Below are positions 60,414 to 64,000 of a stretch of 64,000 nt of DNA, one piece after another. Position 1 is the first letter of the stretch, and each line of letters opens with the position of its first letter. The stretch comes from Alphaproteobacteria bacterium (GTDB lineage: Bacteria; Pseudomonadota; Alphaproteobacteria; GCA-2731375). The notes under the pieces were generated by a model. The model was not told the origin of the DNA, did not search any database, and worked only from the letters and a program-made list of their open reading frames with translations. A program made the position numbers and the translations under genes. Where the stretch lies: the NCBI GenBank assembly GCA_965232515.1, contig CBDDPY010000002.1, positions 1,408,001-1,472,000 of the forward strand. The letters are read 5' to 3'.

Positions 60414-60423
60414 GCGTGCGGCC

Positions 60424-60747
60424 TCAGCCCTTCATCAGGTTGACGTCCTCAACCGCGATGGTGCCGCGGTTGCGGAAATAGGTGACGAGGATGGCAAGGC
60501 CGATCGCCGCCTCGCCGGCGGCGACGGTCAGCACGAACAGCGCGAAGACCTGGCCGACCAGGTCCTGCATGAACGCCGAGAAGGCGACGAGGTTGATGTT
60601 CACGGCCAGCAGCAGCAATTCGACCGACATCAGGATGATGATGACGTTCTTGCGGTTCAGGAAGATGCCGAACACGCCGATGGTGAACAGGATCGCCGCC
60701 ACCGTCAGATAGTGGCCGAGACCGATCTCGAAGATGCTGGCGTCCAT
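60424..60747 (-). CDS. nuoK: NADH-quinone oxidoreductase K
   Basis: [23 protein letters not shown]. Confidence 0.96.
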   Translation of the reverse strand: MDASIFEIGLGHYLTVAAILFTIGVFGIFLNRKNVIIILMSVELLLLAVNINLVAFSAFMQDLVGQVFALFVLTVAAGEAAIGLAILVTYFRNRGTIAVEDVNLMKG

Positions 60748-60751
60748 CGGC

Positions 60752-61366
60752 CTACACCCCCTGCCCCGGCTGGACCTGCTTGATCTCGACCGACTGCTCG
60801 ACCGTGCGGCTGGTCTGGGCGCCGATCGACTGGCGGCGCACGCCGGCGCGCTGACGCAACGTCAGCACGATGGCGCCGATCATGGCGATCAGCAGGATCA
60901 TGCCGGCCGCCTGGAACAGGTAGACATATTTTGTATAGAGGATCTGGCCGAGCGCCTCGGTGTTGGTCAGCTCGTCCAGCGGCGGGGTCGGCTCGACGCC
61001 GCGGCCCGCCACCTCGGGCGCGATGCTGGCGCCGCCCAGGATCAGCAGCAGCTCGACCAGCAGGATCAGGCCGACCAGCGCGCCGACGGGCAGGTACTGC
61101 AGAAAGCCCTCGCGCAGCTCGACGAAGTTGATGTCGAGCATCATCACCACGAACAGGAACAGCACGGCGACGGCGCCGACATAGACGATGACCAGGATCA
61201 TCGCCAGGAATTCGGCGCCGATCAGCACGAACAGTCCGGCCGAGGTGAAGAACGACAGGATCAGGAACAGCACCGAATGCACCGGATTGCGCGACGATAT
61301 CACCATCACCGCCGACGCGATGGTGATCGCGGCGAATACGTAGAACGTCAGTCCCGTCAAAATCAT
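60752..61366 (-). CDS. nuoJ: NADH-quinone oxidoreductase J
   Basis: [26 protein letters not shown]. Confidence 0.96.
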   Translation of the reverse strand: MILTGLTFYVFAAITIASAVMVISSRNPVHSVLFLILSFFTSAGLFVLIGAEFLAMILVIVYVGAVAVLFLFVVMMLDINFVELREGFLQYLPVGALVGLILLVELLLILGGASIAPEVAGRGVEPTPPLDELTNTEALGQILYTKYVYLFQAAGMILLIAMIGAIVLTLRQRAGVRRQSIGAQTSRTVEQSVEIKQVQPGQGV

Positions 61367-61438
61367 GCGCCGGCTTCCCCGACCGGTTCTAGATGTTCAC
61401 GCCCAAGCGGCGCGGTGGCAGGTAGTTGTGGCAACGGC

Positions 61439-61927
61439 TCACCGGTACGGTGCGTCCGCGACAAGGTTGGCGGCAATTTCACGCTCCCAGCGGTCACCGT
61501 TCGCCAAGAGCTTGTCCTTGTTGTAGTAGAGCTCTTCGCGGGTTTCGGTGGCGAACTCGAAATTCGGGCCCTCGACGATGGCGTCGACCGGGCAGGCTTC
61601 CTGGCAGAAGCCGCAATAAATGCACTTGGTCATATCGATGTCGTAGCGCGTGGTGCGGCGGCTGCCGTCGTCGCGCGGTTCGGCTTCGATCGTGATCGCC
61701 TGGGCCGGGCAGATCGCCTCGCAGAGCTTGCAGGCGATGCAGCGCTCCTCGCCGTTGGGATACCGGCGCAGCGCGTGCTCGCCACGGAACCGCGGACTGA
61801 GCGGCCCTTTTTCGTAGGGGTAGTTCAGGGTCGCGCGCTTGCGGAACATGTAGCGGAAGGTCAGCCCCATGCCGCGCAGGATCTCGGTCAGCAGCAATGC
61901 CTGCGCGCCGCGCCTAAACGCCGTCAT
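61439..61927 (-). CDS. nuoI: NADH-quinone oxidoreductase I
   Basis: [12 protein letters not shown] and [12 protein letters not shown]. Confidence 0.98.
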   Translation of the reverse strand: MTAFRRGAQALLLTEILRGMGLTFRYMFRKRATLNYPYEKGPLSPRFRGEHALRRYPNGEERCIACKLCEAICPAQAITIEAEPRDDGSRRTTRYDIDMTKCIYCGFCQEACPVDAIVEGPNFEFATETREELYYNKDKLLANGDRWEREIAANLVADAPYR

Positions 61928-62012
61928 ACCAAGCCCCTTCCATCCTCAAGGCGCGGCCAAACATAGCCGGCCAAATCCGAAAGGCAAGTCCCGTATCCGC
62001 CGCCGCCGGTCA

Positions 62013-63023
62013 TCACTTCGGCACCAGATCGAAGGCCACCAGCACGCCCGCCGTCAGCGCCACCCAGAACAGCGAGAACGGCAGAAACACCTTCCAGCCG
62101 AGCCGCATGAGCTGGTCGTAGCGGTAGCGCGGCAACGTCGCCCGGACCCAGATGAACACGAACAGCAGCAGCGAAATCTTCAGCGCGAACCAGATCGGTC
62201 CGGGAATCCAGTTGAACGGCGCCACGTCGATCGGCGGCAGCCAGCCGCCGAGGAACAGCACCGCCGTCATGCCGCTCATCAGAATCATGTTCGCGTATTC
62301 GCCCAGGAAGAACAGCGCGAAGGTCATGGACGAATATTCGACCTGATAGCCGGCGACGAGCTCGGCCTCGGCTTCCGGCAGGTCGAACGGGTGCCGGTTG
62401 GTCTCGGCCAGCGCCGAGATGAAGAAGATCACGAACATCGGCAGCAGCGGGATGGCGTACCACATCCCCTTCTGTGCCATGACGATGTCGGTCAGGTTCA
62501 ACGAGCCGGCGCAGAGCAGCACCGTGATCATGACGAAGCCGATCGAGACCTCGTACGACACCATCTGCGCCGCCGAGCGCAGGGCGCCCAGGAACGGGTA
62601 TTTCGAGTTCGAGGCCCAGCCGGCCATGATGATGCCGTAGACGCCGAGCGAGGAGATCGCGAACAGGTACAGGATGCCGACATTGATGTCGGCCAGCACG
62701 ACGCCCTCGTCGAAGGGGATCACCGCCCAGGCCACCATCGACAGGATGAAGGTCAGCATCGGCGCGATCACGAACACGCCCTTGTTGGCCGTGGTCGGCA
62801 GCACCGTTTCCTTGAAGAACAGCTTGATCCCGTCGGCAAACGCCTGCAGCAGACCGAACGGCCCAACGACGTTCGGCCCCATGCGCAACTGCATCGCCGC
62901 CATGACCTTGCGCTCGGCATAGGTCAGCATGGCCACGATCAGCAGCAGCGGAACGACAATCGCCAGGATCTGGGCGACGATGATGCCGCCCGGCAGCAGG
63001 TAACCGCTCCAGAGTTCAGCCAT
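62013..63023 (-). CDS. nuoH: NADH-quinone oxidoreductase H
   Basis: [39 protein letters not shown]. Confidence 0.98.
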   Translation of the reverse strand: MAELWSGYLLPGGIIVAQILAIVVPLLLIVAMLTYAERKVMAAMQLRMGPNVVGPFGLLQAFADGIKLFFKETVLPTTANKGVFVIAPMLTFILSMVAWAVIPFDEGVVLADINVGILYLFAISSLGVYGIIMAGWASNSKYPFLGALRSAAQMVSYEVSIGFVMITVLLCAGSLNLTDIVMAQKGMWYAIPLLPMFVIFFISALAETNRHPFDLPEAEAELVAGYQVEYSSMTFALFFLGEYANMILMSGMTAVLFLGGWLPPIDVAPFNWIPGPIWFALKISLLLFVFIWVRATLPRYRYDQLMRLGWKVFLPFSLFWVALTAGVLVAFDLVPK

Positions 63024-64000
63024 CGGTGCCGGTCGCCTTCTCGTTTGCGACGTAGAGCTGGCTGCATTCCGCCATGACCGACGACGCCCGCGCGATCGGG
63101 TTGGTCAGATAGAAATCCGATATCGGGCTCTCGAACGGCGCATCGGCCATCTGGCCCGCCGTGCCGAAGGCGCCCCATTCGATCTCTGGGATCTCGTCGA
63201 TGGCGCCGAAGTGCGGCGCCAGCTCGGCCATGCGCCGGCGCAGCTGGCCGAGATTGTCGTACGGGAGCCGCTTGCCGATCACGTCGGAGAAGGCGCGCAG
63301 GATGGTCCAGTCCTCGCGCGCGTCGCCCGGCGGGAAATGCGCCCGACGGCCGAGCTGCACGCGGCCCTCGGTATTGACCCAGGTGGCGTCCTTTTCGGTA
63401 TAGGCCGCGCCCGGCAGGATCACGTCGGCGCGGTGGGCGCCGGCATCGCCATGATGGCCCTGATAGACGACGAAGGCATTGCCGAGTTTCGCCGTGTCGA
63501 TCTCGTCCGCGCCCAGCAGCCAGACCAGATCGATCTCGCCGGCCTGGGCGCCGTCCAGAATGCCGGCGACGTCGCGTCCGCCCTCGCCCGGCAGCAGGCC
63601 AAGATCGAGGCCGGCGACCCGCGCCGCCGCCGTGTGCAGGACGTTAAAGCCGTTCCAGTCGTCGCTGACCATGCCGCAGCTCTCGGCGATCCGTCGCGCC
63701 GTCTCCAGCACCGCCGCGCCGTCGTCGCGCGCGAGCGCGCCCATGCCGACGATCAGCATCGGCCGTTCGGCGGCTTTCAGGGTCTGGGCGAAGGCGTGGC
63801 TGCCGTCGGCGATCTGCGACAGCGTCTGCGGTCCGGCGCCGAGATATTCGTAGTCGTAGGTCAGGTCCGGCCGCGGCCCGATCATCGCCGCCTTGAAGCC
63901 GCCCAATAGCCAGCGCTTGCGCAGGCGCGCATTTGCCAGCGGTGCCTCCCAGCGCGGATTGGCGCCGATCAGCAGGCAGGCGTCCGCCGCTTCGATCGCC
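63016..64000 (-). CDS. nuoG: NADH-quinone oxidoreductase G, 5' part outside window
   Basis: [44 protein letters not shown]. Confidence 0.95.
   Translation of the reverse strand, partial: AIEAADACLLIGANPRWEAPLANARLRKRWLLGGFKAAMIGPRPDLTYDYEYLGAGPQTLSQIADGSHAFAQTLKAAERPMLIVGMGALARDDGAAVLETARRIAESCGMVSDDWNGFNVLHTAAARVAGLDLGLLPGEGGRDVAGILDGAQAGEIDLVWLLGADEIDTAKLGNAFVVYQGHHGDAGAHRADVILPGAAYTEKDATWVNTEGRVQLGRRAHFPPGDAREDWTILRAFSDVIGKRLPYDNLGQLRRRMAELAPHFGAIDEIPEIEWGAFGTAGQMADAPFESPISDFYLTNPIARASSVMAECSQLYVANEKATGTDG

Noticed and set aside
61367-61438. 72-nt nuoI-nuoJ spacer with a 17-codon GTG ORF
   Set aside because: Ends well before nuoJ and has no structure or motif to support it.

Overview
High-GC alphaproteobacterial (Rhodospirillales-like) chromosomal core region with no mobile element, CRISPR, rRNA or tRNA evident. 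Gene order along the window: pyruvate dehydrogenase operon (lpdA partial, pdhC, pdhB, pdhA), ftsB, eno, kdsA, pyrG, secG, tpiA, ppiD, trpD-trpC-moaC-moeA-lexA, comEC, gltX-gltA, gloA, the lipid A/BAM/translation cluster (lpxB, lpxI, lpxA, fabZ, lpxD, skp, bamA, rseP, dxr, cdsA, uppS, frr, pyrH, tsf, rpsB), dnaE, lolD, lolC/E, proS, DUF1467, mce, rnj, coaX, birA and the distal nuo operon (nuoN to partial nuoG). Interest concentrates in small insertions in this conserved backbone. (i) A thiol-dioxygenase plus Ntn/class II glutamine amidotransferase (EgtC/Dug3-like) pair between tpiA and ppiD. (ii) A cueR, divergent polysaccharide deacetylase and atypical diheme CCP/MauG-family block sitting where trpE/trpG are usually found, with a MerR-type promoter in front of cueR. 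(iii) A SuhB/MmgR-like sRNA with NtrC-like and PhaR-like upstream sites. (iv) Several orphan small or secreted proteins, a doubly coupled 29-codon ORF between nuoH and nuoI, and an unusually basic TpiA. All calls are by-eye; no database searches were run.
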